This document shows, in pieces, positions 17,770-26,495 of a stretch of DNA of 52,638 nucleotides. Each line of letters starts with the position of its first letter. The first letter of the stretch is position 1. The notes beneath the pieces were generated by a model. That model worked only from the letters and a program-made list of their open reading frames with translations, made no database searches and was not told the origin of the DNA. This DNA is from a virus. Lineage: Duplodnaviria; Caudoviricetes. Location: the IMG/VR virus record IMGVR_UViG_3300044846_006394, positions 1 to 52,638 of that record. The stretch is one strand, 5' to 3'. Made by a program: the position numbers and the translations under genes.

Positions 17770-19122
17770 ATGGCTGCTGTTGTTCCTTACCTTGAGGTCG
17801 GTCCCGACGAGCGGGCGGAGTCGCCTGACGTTCTCGCGGGCCTCGGAGACCTTTTCGTCGGGCCGCGTCGAGCGAAGTCCTCGGGGGAGTCTGCCCAGGA
17901 GCGGCGAGCGCGGGAGCGCGGCGAGAAGCCGAAGAAGGCGAAGAAGAGCGACATCGACGCCGACTTCAACCCCGCTGACCCGCTTCAGAAGCCGCATACC
18001 GAACTGACGCGGCTCCTGTGGGCGCGAAAGCTGATGATTGACGCGATGGCGACTCGCACGTTCACCGTCGAGCAGGACAAGGGGGCGGTCTTCGTCCGCG
18101 TGTCGCCGCCCATTCCGACTGACCTCGTCCCGTGGCACAAGTCGGGCCAGCCGCTGGAGCGGTTCTCTTTGTTCTCGACGAACTCCAAGATGGCCTGCCC
18201 GACGTTCGACCTGCCCGCCGGTCACATGAGCGTCGGCGGCGCTTGCCCTGGTGCGTCTGCGGCGCAGTCCACGGTGCCGGTTCCCACGCGGGTCGCTGGG
18301 GCGCAGCAGTTTGAGATACTCGCGAGAAAGAACCGCATCGACTCGCGCCGCCTCAAGGTCATCAATCCGAACGAGGGCGCCGAGGCGTGGGTGAGCAAGG
18401 AAGAGCGCATCTACAAGCCCGAACTCAACATCGCGGTCTGCACGCGCTGCTACGCCACGGGCGGCAAGTACTCCGAGGTCGTCGTTCAGTTCTCCGAGGT
18501 GGGTCGTGCGGCGTTCGTTCGCCGGATGCTCGCGACCGCACCGAAGAAGCTGGAGGAACTCCTCGTTTACACCATCGTGAATACCCTCGACTTCCTTGAG
18601 GCCGACGACCCGTCACGCCGCTTCGGTATCAAGCCGATTCGCGTCCATTCGTCGGGCGACTTCTACAGCGAGCCTTACGCCGATATGTGGATGAACGTCG
18701 CCCGCAGGGTGCAGGTACTTGACCCCACCGTGCGCTTTTGGGCGCCGACGCGCACGCAGGTCATGGTCGATTGGGTTTCATACTGGGACCGCACGCAAGT
18801 GCCGTCGAACTTCTCCATTCGACCGAGCGCCTACCATGTCGGCGACCCCGCGCCCGCGCCGCTGCACCCGGACCAGCCCGCCTCTGCGGGCAACAGCAAG
18901 GGAACGAGCGTCCTGTTCCCCGCGCAGTCGAAGGCCGTCGATGGCAACTACTATGACCATCAATGCCAAGTGTACGCGCTGGAAAAGGGGAACAAGCGGT
19001 GCAGTTCTGCTGACTCGCCTTCGCCCGCCCTCGACAACGGCAAATACAAGAGCGACGGCGAGCCGGGATGTCGGGCGTGCTGGGTGCGGCCTGACCTCGC
19101 GGTGAACTACGTCATCCACTAG
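17770..19122 (+). CDS. Gp88-like Cys-rich (Fe-S / radical-SAM-like) protein with LAGLG leader
   Basis: CPGA...CTRCYA..GKY, IRVHSSGDFYS, FWAPTR and C-terminal CRACW. Confidence 0.7.
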   Translation: MAAVVPYLEVGPDERAESPDVLAGLGDLFVGPRRAKSSGESAQERRARERGEKPKKAKKSDIDADFNPADPLQKPHTELTRLLWARKLMIDAMATRTFTVEQDKGAVFVRVSPPIPTDLVPWHKSGQPLERFSLFSTNSKMACPTFDLPAGHMSVGGACPGASAAQSTVPVPTRVAGAQQFEILARKNRIDSRRLKVINPNEGAEAWVSKEERIYKPELNIAVCTRCYATGGKYSEVVVQFSEVGRAAFVRRMLATAPKKLEELLVYTIVNTLDFLEADDPSRRFGIKPIRVHSSGDFYSEPYADMWMNVARRVQVLDPTVRFWAPTRTQVMVDWVSYWDRTQVPSNFSIRPSAYHVGDPAPAPLHPDQPASAGNSKGTSVLFPAQSKAVDGNYYDHQCQVYALEKGNKRCSSADSPSPALDNGKYKSDGEPGCRACWVRPDLAVNYVIH

Positions 19123-19134
19123 TCGAGGTTCCCC

Positions 19135-20313
19135 ATGTCACTTGGAAAGATGAGCGCCGAAGAGAAGGCGATGGCGAAGGCCGCGAAGGCCGAGGTCGCT
19201 CGCATCAATCGCGAGGCCGCGAAGGCCGCGCGAGATGAAGCGGCGGCTGCGGCTCGGTCTGCGCGGGCGCGTGCGCCGAAGACCGGCGATGTCAGTCGCG
19301 CCATCACGCTCACCGAGAACGCGCTGAAGCGAGAGAAAGCAAAGGAATCGCCCGACCCCGCGAAGGTCGCTGCGCTGGAACTGAAGCTCGCCCGCGTGAC
19401 GGCAGGAAGCGGGAAGCTTGTTGCGCCGCTGGAGCGAGCCGCGCTACCGAAGGAGACGACGATTGGCTGCAAGGCGGCGCCCGGTGGGTTCTGCTTCGAC
19501 CTCGGAGAAGCCAGCGGGACGAAACTCTCGCCGCAACCGGCGGGCGCCGCCCGTGCCATCGCGGCGCAGTCGGGCGCAGGCGTCGAGACTCGGACAAAAG
19601 CGCGAGAGGAGATGGAGGTCGCGGCGGCGGAACTGAAGGCGGCGAAGGCGGCGGGCGCCAGTGCTGCCAAAGTCACCGCACTGACGCGCAAGGTCTCGCG
19701 ACTGAAGCAGACGGCCACTGAAGGTCGTCCGTTTGAGTTCTTCGCGAACAACCTGGTCGATGTCTGCCGCGTCAAGAAGGTCGCCCCGAAGTGCTTCACG
19801 CCGACGACGAACGACTCCGAGAAGCCCCGCGAGATGGCCGCGTGGGGCAAGAACGGAAAGTTCCCTGAGGCGAAGACCGAAGAGCAGAAGCGCAAGGCTT
19901 GTGATTCGGTGGGCGGCGTCTTCTCGGATGGCGGTGCCATGCCGCTGCGTCTCGGAAAGACGGAACTCGACTTCCTGTCGAAGGCGCAGGCGCTCGACAT
20001 CGGGAAGCAGTTCCGCGCCTCGGGCGGTGGTGCCAACGTCCCCGTCCGCGCAGGCCCGAACCTTCGCCTCTGCTTCACGGGGTCGAGCAAGGGCGCGATG
20101 GTCCCGCTGAAAGACCCGAAGGAAGCCGTCAAGGTCCGCGACGAGTTCAAGTCCTGCCTCGCGAGCCACGGCGCCAACCCGTCCGACGCCGAGGCCCGCG
20201 CCTGTGCGATTAGCGTCGGGCGCAAGGCGACCGGCATCGGCAAGGAGCAGGAGACCGCGCTCTTCGGCGTGCGGAAGCGCAAGGCCAAGAAGAGCCGCAA
20301 GGCCCGCCGATGA
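19135..20313 (+). CDS. Lys/Ala-rich Cys-containing protein (core candidate)
   Basis: Ends LFGVRKRKAKKSRKARR. Confidence 0.7.
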   Translation: MSLGKMSAEEKAMAKAAKAEVARINREAAKAARDEAAAAARSARARAPKTGDVSRAITLTENALKREKAKESPDPAKVAALELKLARVTAGSGKLVAPLERAALPKETTIGCKAAPGGFCFDLGEASGTKLSPQPAGAARAIAAQSGAGVETRTKAREEMEVAAAELKAAKAAGASAAKVTALTRKVSRLKQTATEGRPFEFFANNLVDVCRVKKVAPKCFTPTTNDSEKPREMAAWGKNGKFPEAKTEEQKRKACDSVGGVFSDGGAMPLRLGKTELDFLSKAQALDIGKQFRASGGGANVPVRAGPNLRLCFTGSSKGAMVPLKDPKEAVKVRDEFKSCLASHGANPSDAEARACAISVGRKATGIGKEQETALFGVRKRKAKKSRKARR

Positions 20314-20579
20314 GCCTCGCGCTCATCCTGGTCCTCGGCCTCGCCGCCGCCGGTGCAGTCGCTGTCGTTCGCGCTGTCGTGCAGGAAGTGCGCCCCATTT
20401 GGCTCCTCGAGAAGCCCCTCTCCTGCGACCTCTGCATGAGTTGGTGGGCCTCGGTCGCCGTCGTCCTGTTCGCGCTCGTCATCGAGGCGCTCGCGCTGCC
20501 TGTCGCGCCGTTGGCGGTACTGGCCTCGACGGCTGTATCGTTGGCCTGCGTGAGAGGCTCCAACCGCCTGTCGGAGTAG
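20310..20579 (+). CDS. DUF1360-like membrane protein with CxxC
   Basis: Three hydrophobic segments, KPLSCDLCMSWW. Confidence 0.6.
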   Translation: MSLALILVLGLAAAGAVAVVRAVVQEVRPIWLLEKPLSCDLCMSWWASVAVVLFALVIEALALPVAPLAVLASTAVSLACVRGSNRLSE

Positions 20580-20585
20580 ACAAAG

Positions 20586-21473
20586 ATGCAGATCATCAAC
20601 GCGGACCCCCGCGACCGCCGAGGCACCAAGCAGCGCAGCGCCATGCTGTCGGTTCTGCGCGGCCTCGGACAGGGCGTGGACCTCGATGCCCTCGTCGCCA
20701 AGGCGCAGAAGGACTACGACGAGGCGAACGCTGCGCTCGCCGCCATCGGCGCAATGACCGCCCGCGACTCCCGAGGGCGCCCCTACTTTGCGGGCGACGA
20801 CATCCTGATCACCGACCTGCCGTCCGTTGCCACATGGCACACCGCTGACGCCGAGTCGCTGAATGTCGAGAACGTCATCCCGGCCATCTTCGGCGCCATC
20901 AACATGGGGTCGGCCCGCTATCTCGACATGGCCGACAACGCCGCGTTCCCTGTGAGCGAGCGTGCGGCGGGCTGGATCATCGGACGCCTGCTCGACAAGT
21001 ACGGCTTCGACCAAGTCGTGCGGACCATCAACGCCGACGAAGACACGCGGGCTGCGTTCAAAGGCTCCGCACGCTGGTGGAAGGACAACGGAGCCAGCGA
21101 CGGCATCGAGCGCCTCGCGGAAGTCGCCGCCGACAAGAATGGCCGCGCCCCCGGTGAGGGTCAGTACAAGTGGGCGTCGAAGCATGGCAATCAGGTGGGC
21201 GCTGCGATCCGGCTGCTGAAGGTCGCAACGAAGGCCCGCGAGGAAGCCATCAAGGACGCCACGACGAAGCTCGCCATCGCTCAGTCAGCCCTCGATGCCG
21301 CCCTCGCCGCGAAGGGCTACGTTCCGCAGGGCGACACCGACATTCCCTGCGTCGAAGGGTACGCCAAGGACGCCTCGGGATTGTGCGTCAAAGAGGAAGA
21401 GAAGAGCGTCCTGCCGTGGGTTCTCGGCGGCGCCGCTGTCCTCGGGCTGGTTCTGTTCCTACGGCGCCGGTAG
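20586..21473 (+). CDS. C-terminally anchored virion protein
   Basis: MQII...VLRGLG leader; TM LPWVLGGAAVLGLVLFL followed by RRR. Confidence 0.7.
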   Translation: MQIINADPRDRRGTKQRSAMLSVLRGLGQGVDLDALVAKAQKDYDEANAALAAIGAMTARDSRGRPYFAGDDILITDLPSVATWHTADAESLNVENVIPAIFGAINMGSARYLDMADNAAFPVSERAAGWIIGRLLDKYGFDQVVRTINADEDTRAAFKGSARWWKDNGASDGIERLAEVAADKNGRAPGEGQYKWASKHGNQVGAAIRLLKVATKAREEAIKDATTKLAIAQSALDAALAAKGYVPQGDTDIPCVEGYAKDASGLCVKEEEKSVLPWVLGGAAVLGLVLFLRRR

Positions 21474-21519
21474 CAGGCGTTCTTCAACGCGGTCTCGTGC
21501 CGCACAACAGGAGGCCACG

Positions 21520-21645
21520 ATGGCCGGTCGTCGAAAGTCCAAGTCGTCGCGCAAGTCCTCGGGCGCCTGCCGCTTCGGCAAGGTGAAGTCGGGCAAGCGC
21601 AAGGGTCTGTGCAAGTTCAACCGCCCGCGCAAGGCGAAGCGGTAG
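21520..21645 (+). CDS. 41-aa basic Cys-pair protein
   Basis: CAGGAGG RBS; MAGRRKSKSSRK... Confidence 0.7.
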   Translation: MAGRRKSKSSRKSSGACRFGKVKSGKRKGLCKFNRPRKAKR

Positions 21646-21686
21646 TTCCCAACCGTGGCCTCGGCCACATCATCAAGGAGGCCGAG

Positions 21687-21845
21687 ATGGCCCGTCGTCG
21701 TCGTTCGCTCGCAGGTGTGAAGGTGTGCAAGGTCGTTCGTGGCAAGGTGAAGTGCAAGAGCATGGGCGCCAAGCGCCGCAAGTCGCGTGCGATGGGCGCG
21801 ATGCCCCGCCGCAACAGCAAGGGTCGCTTCGTCAAGTCCCGCTAG
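21687..21845 (+). CDS. 52-aa protamine-like protein
   Basis: AAGGAGG RBS; MARRRRSLAGV...RRNSKGRFVK. Confidence 0.7.
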   Translation: MARRRRSLAGVKVCKVVRGKVKCKSMGAKRRKSRAMGAMPRRNSKGRFVKSR

Positions 21846-21852
21846 TTCGTCA

Positions 21853-21912
21853 TCCGGCGAGTAGCTCAGTGGTAGAGCCTTGGGTCGCAGGTTCAAGTCC
21901 TGCCTCGTCGGA
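21853..21912 (+). ncRNA. tRNA-like element lacking the anticodon arm
   Basis: Acceptor TCCGGCGAG/CTCGTCGGA, D-arm TA-GCTC-AGTGGTA-GAGC, 8-nt linker, T-arm GCAGG-TTCAAGT-CCTGC. Confidence 0.75.
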
Positions 21913-21913
21913 G

Positions 21914-21961
21914 AAAAATAGGGGCTGGGAGGCTGAAAAGGTCTCCCGGCCCCTATTTTTT
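21914..21961. terminator. Bidirectional intrinsic terminator between converging arms
   Basis: AAAAATAGGGG...CCCCTATTTTT long stem. Confidence 0.85.
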
Positions 21962-22374
21962 CAGTCGTCCGCTTCCCAGTTCGCTCGGAAGCTTGCGGGG
22001 ACAGGGTCGCTGGACCGCTGGCGCAGGAAGGCGTCAGTCGGGAGGCGCTCGCGCCCGTTGGGCAGCGGCGGCTGAACGTGCTGATTCGTGTCCCACGCCG
22101 ACCGTAGAATCCACACCTTTGCCCATCCGCGATTCGACGCGACCTCCCACACCTCCGCGAAGTCCCCGTCCCGAGTGCTTCGGACGCTGGTGGACTCGAC
22201 CACCTGGCCTCCGCGCCGCAGGGCGTCGAGGGCCGCGTTCACGCGGGGGAGAGTGAGGCGGGTGCGGTCCCGGATCTCGGACGAGGTCGCCTCGCCCATG
22301 CCGCTGTCGGCGTTTTCAAGCGCCGCCAGTACCTTGTGCGCGTCGTCTTCGATGCCGGTCTTCTTCGCTGCCAT
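21961..22374 (-). CDS. Winged-helix DNA-binding protein
   Basis: ATSSEIRDRTRLTLPRVNAALDALRRGGQV pattern. Confidence 0.6.
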   Translation of the reverse strand: MAAKKTGIEDDAHKVLAALENADSGMGEATSSEIRDRTRLTLPRVNAALDALRRGGQVVESTSVRSTRDGDFAEVWEVASNRGWAKVWILRSAWDTNQHVQPPLPNGRERLPTDAFLRQRSSDPVPASFRANWEADD

Positions 22375-22376
22375 CG

Positions 22377-23345
22377 TCAGTCCTTTCGACCCTGCACGGC
22401 GCCCGCCGAGGTCTTCGCGAAGGGGTTCCCTCGGCGGTCGTAGGTGTTCAAGGTCTCGATGCGCTTGTGGCCGGTGACGCTCATCGTATCGGCGTCGGCC
22501 ACGCCGCGTGAGCGGGCCTCGGTGACATGACCCGCTCGGAGGCTGTGGCCGCTGTACTTCTCAGGGTCGAGACCGGCGCGAACGCACGCCGACTTGATGA
22601 TGAGCGCGACCGTCTGCGGCGTGAGGGCCATCGGGCGTGTGTCGCCGTTGGAGTAGAAGCCACGAAAGACGGCGTTGTTCTTGATGCCCGAGGCCGTGAG
22701 CCACGCCTTGAGGGCCGTAGCGGCGCACAGGCGCCCGCTGACGAAAGGGATGGGCTTCGTCTGCCCCTGGCCCCGCTGGTCGGTCTTGGAGCGTGGAACG
22801 GTGACGACGACCCCCTCGTCGCTCCACGCGAGTTCCTTCACCTCGATGGCGACAAGCTCGGAGCGTCGGAACGCACCGGCGAACCCGACGAGGAGGAGGG
22901 CGCGGTTTCGCAGCCCTTCCAGCGTGTCTGCGGGAAAGGTGCTGACGAGCTTCTCGATGGCGTTGAACGTGGCGGGCGCCTTGCCGGTGGTGGCGACTCC
23001 TGCCACGCGCTCGATGCCCTTCATCGTGGACGGCACCGGCTCGACGGTACAGGGCGTCGGATGACCGGCGAGCTTGTGGGCCTTGCTGATGGCTGCAAGG
23101 CACCGGCGCAGGGTGCCGGGACGCACGCTCTGTGCGCGGTCGGCAACGTAAGCGGCGACGGTCTCGGCCTTCGCGGGAAGGGGCGTCACGCCGTGTTCCT
23201 TGGCCCAGCCGGTGAACGCTTCCCAATCGGCCCTGTAGGCCCGCTGCGTGGACTCGGGAACGCTGGCGGTGACGTAGGCCCGCGCCTCCTCGACGGCTCT
23301 GTGCAGGTCGAGGGGCGCGGCTATGGTCTTCGTCAGTTGGCTCAT
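22377..23345 (-). CDS. Tyrosine recombinase (Cre-like)
   Basis: TQRAYRADW SAM-like N-domain; RRSEL, KTDQ, HSLR, GH and catalytic Y. Confidence 0.92.
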   Translation of the reverse strand: MSQLTKTIAAPLDLHRAVEEARAYVTASVPESTQRAYRADWEAFTGWAKEHGVTPLPAKAETVAAYVADRAQSVRPGTLRRCLAAISKAHKLAGHPTPCTVEPVPSTMKGIERVAGVATTGKAPATFNAIEKLVSTFPADTLEGLRNRALLLVGFAGAFRRSELVAIEVKELAWSDEGVVVTVPRSKTDQRGQGQTKPIPFVSGRLCAATALKAWLTASGIKNNAVFRGFYSNGDTRPMALTPQTVALIIKSACVRAGLDPEKYSGHSLRAGHVTEARSRGVADADTMSVTGHKRIETLNTYDRRGNPFAKTSAGAVQGRKD

Positions 23346-23361
23346 GCCAGCCGGTTTACCA

Positions 23362-23520
23362 CTACTCAGCGAACCTCGCCGCCTGCTGCTTATGCGCGGC
23401 CAAGGCAGCGTCGATGCGTTGCCACACCGGCTCGTCGAGGATGCCGCAGTCGGCGCAGTCATAGTCGCCCACGGCCTCGCGGGCCTCGCGCAAAAGGGCC
23501 ACGGCCTCTTCGATGGTCAC
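23362..23520 (-). CDS. 52-aa protein (LLREA...CxDC...W.RI.AALA family), missed by the ORF track
   Basis: Manual translation MTIEEAVALLREAREAVGDYDCADC...; paralog of the 24073-24426 N-terminus. Confidence 0.65.
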   Translation of the reverse strand: MTIEEAVALLREAREAVGDYDCADCGILDEPVWQRIDAALAAHKQQAARFAE

Positions 23521-23873
23521 TTCGTCCCTCTCGCCGCCGCGATGGCGGCATCCTTGGCCTCGGCCTCGGTGGCGCAGTAGCCGACGCAGCCTTGCTCACG
23601 GGTCACTCGCCAGCGCCATTGGGTTCCCCAGTCGTGGTCGAACGGACCCACCGCAGCTAAGGTGTCCGCGCCAATCTTTGCTTCGGACCACCCCCCAGCG
23701 ACATACTGTTTCCACTCCACAACGTCCTTTGCGGAGTCCTGCCGCTCCGCGAGCGCGGCGTCGATGCGGTCACGCACCTCGCAGACGCGGTCGATGCCTT
23801 CTTGGGTCGTCGGGCAGAAACCAACAAACACCCGCGCCTCGCGCAGCAGGTCGAGCAGTTCAGCGTTCGTCAC
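23517..23873 (-). CDS. Accessory protein (TNAELL + WRV...EAEAK family)
   Basis: Paralog of 24073-24426. Confidence 0.65.
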   Translation of the reverse strand: MTNAELLDLLREARVFVGFCPTTQEGIDRVCEVRDRIDAALAERQDSAKDVVEWKQYVAGGWSEAKIGADTLAAVGPFDHDWGTQWRWRVTREQGCVGYCATEAEAKDAAIAAARGTK

Positions 23874-24070
23874 GACTTGCCCCTCTTTCGGAAGGCCGGA
23901 TTGCACGAGCAGAGCATGTCCCCGCACGGCTCGCAGTCCGGGTTGTCGAGGTCGCGCAGGTGTTGGATGTACCGCTGCGTCCGCGCTTCTATTTCGGCCA
24001 CGTTCGCGGCGTGCCATTCTTCGGCGGTCACTTTCTGTCCCGACAGCGCCTTCTTGACCAGCTCGCTCAT
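23870..24070 (-). CDS. Small Cys-containing hypothetical protein
   Basis: Packed ORF. Confidence 0.5.
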   Translation of the reverse strand: MSELVKKALSGQKVTAEEWHAANVAEIEARTQRYIQHLRDLDNPDCEPCGDMLCSCNPAFRKRGKS

Positions 24071-24072
24071 CG

Positions 24073-24426
24073 TCACGGGAGCCTCCCGGCGTACTCCACG
24101 GCCGCGGCCTTCGCCTCGGCCTCGTTGGCCGCCTCGCCGACGTACTCGACGCGCCACAGCCAGCCATCCCCAAGCCATTGCGGGTCCACGGTCAGGAAGA
24201 CGTTGTCGCTGTAGTCGGCCTCATGGGGGCGAATCCCGAATCTGTTCGACTCCTTCTCCTCCCATCGGATGTCGGCGGGCGCCGCCTTGACGGTGTCGTG
24301 CGCCGCGAGCGCCGCTGCGATGCGCCCCCACACCGGCTGTTTATCGACGTTGCAGTCCCAGCATTCGTACTCGACCCCCACCTTGTGCGCCTCGCGCAGC
24401 AGCGCGAGCAGTTCAGCGTTGGTCAT
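24073..24426 (-). CDS. Accessory protein (TNAELL + WRV...EAEAK family)
   Basis: AAGGAGG RBS; paralogy. Confidence 0.65.
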   Translation of the reverse strand: MTNAELLALLREAHKVGVEYECWDCNVDKQPVWGRIAAALAAHDTVKAAPADIRWEEKESNRFGIRPHEADYSDNVFLTVDPQWLGDGWLWRVEYVGEAANEAEAKAAAVEYAGRLP

Positions 24427-25599
24427 CGCTCGGCCTCCTTCGGGTCGGTGAGTCCGTAGAGGGCGCAGACGCGCCGCAGTCGAACGGGGTCGGTCGGTGG
24501 CAGGTGTGCCAGGTCTCGCCTCTCGGCTCGGATGAGCCACTCGGGCGGCTGGAGCGGCTCGACGGTGAAGTCGTCGTTGCCGCAGTCGTTCTCGGGGTCG
24601 GTCATGGGGTCTCCTCGGTGAGGGCGCGGATGCGTTGCAGAAGGTCGGCTTCTCGGCCCGCGAGGGCCGTGGCGAGGCTCGACGCACCGGCCCATCCCGC
24701 TCGCGCAGCCTTCAGCGCGTCGATGATGGCAAGCGTCGTAGCGGTCGGCAGGACGTAGTCCTGAGCCGCGTGTGCGCGGATGGCTTCCAGTTCTTCATCG
24801 GTCATCGGATGAATCTCCTGCGGGGCGTGATGGGCCTTGGATCGGGCTTCTCGATGCGGTGGTAGACGACGTACTGCGTCTTGCTCCACGGGTTGTCGCC
24901 CTGCTCGGCCACGACCTCGACCTCGGCAGCGAGCCAGCCCGCAACGACGAGGCCGTCAACGAACGCGCCCGCCTCGCGGCTGCTGAAGTAGCTCTTGAGG
25001 TACTTGCGCTCGGGCGTCATCAGTTCCACCGGCCCGAGGCGCGGGCGGCGCCCACGACGTCGTACATCTCGTCCACCTGCTCCATGCCCCGTGCGATGAG
25101 GCGCTCGCCCTCGGGCGACATGATGCCGTGCGTGCGGAGGCATGAGCGGCAGAGGAACGAAGTCTCGGAGCGCATGGGCGCCGCGCAGCCGTCGCACGAC
25201 AGGAACAGGTTCTGCGGCAGGTCGGGGATGGGCGAGGCGAGTGTCTCGCGGATGTTGGCAAGCTGGTCGAACAGGGCGTGCGGCATGGTGGTGTCTCCTG
25301 TGGCGCGTCAGCGCCTAGCGTTCGTCGGTGCGGGGGTGGTTGCCTCGCGTGTTCGCGTGGCGCGTCGGACAACGGAGGGCCACGGCGTCGAGGTCGCACC
25401 AACCGGCCTCGCCGCGCACGGGGTCGTCGTCCCATTCGACGAGCGCCTTGACGGTGCCTTTGTTGCTGACGCGCAGGGCGATGACGGTGCCGTGGTCGTG
25501 CGTGTCGTCGAGGATGGCGTCGAAAAGGCAGACACGGTCACCGTCTGCGGGAAGCAGGGTCAGCACAGGACGCGAGGGTCGGCGGGCCACGTTGGGCAT
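24423..25599 (-). other. Five small hypothetical genes: 24423-24605, 24602-24805, 24802-25020, 25020-25286, 25315-25599
   Basis: Overlapping start/stop chain, most with GGAGA RBS. Confidence 0.6.
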
Positions 25600-25635
25600 G
25601 GTGGGGGTCTCCGGGTCAGCGGGTCGAGGGGGGTG

Positions 25636-25740
25636 GGGGGGTTCTGCGGTCTGAGGGTAAGTCCAGCCGCTTCGGGCAGGTCACTATCGATAATGTGGCT
25701 TATCACTAGAGTCCGCAACCCCGGAACCGCAGAACCCCCC
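25636..25740. other. dif/lox-like recombination-site candidate inside a 15-bp inverted repeat
   Basis: GGGGGGTTCTGCGGT...ACCGCAGAACCCCCC flanking ACTATCGATAA-TGTGGC-TTATCACTAGA. Confidence 0.5.
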
Positions 25741-25779
25741 AGACCTGGACGAGGGGGGTCTGCGGCACGGGAGGGGCTG

Positions 25780-26088
25780 CTAGGCGTGCCGGTACGCCGT
25801 GAAGCTCCCCACGGCCTCGGCACGGGCCACCGGCTCGCCGCCGAAGCGGCCCGCCTCGCGGGGCGTCCACAGCCAGTGACGCTCGTCCACGGCGCCCGCC
25901 CACACGATGCGCCGCAGGAGTTCCTCGGCGTCCCTGCGCGTCGGGAACAGCGCGTAGTGCGTCAGCGGAGCGTCGAGGTCGTCGGGCTGTGAGTACGGGC
26001 GCACGGCGGTCCCGAGTTGTAGGCGCACGACCCAGCGGGCGCCCTGCGGGTGGATGGTCAGACGGTCGCGCTCGGTCAACTTGAGCAT
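25780..26088 (-). CDS. Hypothetical protein
   Basis: AGGAGACCC RBS. Confidence 0.6.
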   Translation of the reverse strand: MLKLTERDRLTIHPQGARWVVRLQLGTAVRPYSQPDDLDAPLTHYALFPTRRDAEELLRRIVWAGAVDERHWLWTPREAGRFGGEPVARAEAVGSFTAYRHA

Positions 26089-26098
26089 GGCGGGTCTC

Positions 26099-26299
26099 CT
26101 ACTGGCGGGTCGGGACGGCGTGCATCCCGCGCTGAATGGTCTCCCACGTTTCCTGCGCCTCGGCGCGGTCGGTCGAGTACGGGACGGGCGTGTGCGGGCG
26201 CTCGTCGGAGAGCATGGACCCGACAACGTAGGCGACGGTCCCGAGGGCGCCGGTGACGGTGAGGGCGAGGGCGACGGCGAGGGGGTCGAGCTTACGCAT
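26099..26299 (-). CDS. Small TM protein
   Basis: GAGGAG RBS, N-terminal TM. Confidence 0.55.
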   Translation of the reverse strand: MRKLDPLAVALALTVTGALGTVAYVVGSMLSDERPHTPVPYSTDRAEAQETWETIQRGMHAVPTRQ

Positions 26300-26495
26300 G
26301 AGAGGCTCCTCGCGGCAGAACGCCGCGCTTGGACAGGCGGGCGACGAGCGCCCAGTCGGCGCGGGCGCCGAGGTGGTTGACGATGACGGTCTCGCGGCTT
26401 CCATCGGGGAGCGCCCATGTCTGATGCGAGCCACGGGTGCGGAGGGCGGTGGCCCCGAGGCGCCGCAGGGTCGAGATGACCTCGCGGTAGGTCAC
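26292..26495 (-). CDS. hicA: HicA-like RNase toxin
   Basis: MTYREVISTLRRLG....RTRGSHQTW...V.V..H pattern. Confidence 0.65.
   Translation of the reverse strand: MTYREVISTLRRLGATALRTRGSHQTWALPDGSRETVIVNHLGARADWALVARLSKRGVLPRGASHA

Larger units (their letters stand above)
1..21845 (+). mobile_element. Virion-morphogenesis and lysis arm of a probable tailless membrane-containing phage
   Basis: Co-oriented, tightly packed genes; many TM-anchored and basic proteins, two SLT-type enzymes, capsid-like triplet; no HK97, terminase or portal motifs seen. Confidence 0.7.

Noticed and set aside
21853-21912. Canonical tRNA gene or simple attP core
   Set aside because: No anticodon arm, so no isotype can be assigned; an attP normally keeps a contiguous tRNA fragment, and no second att copy was seen
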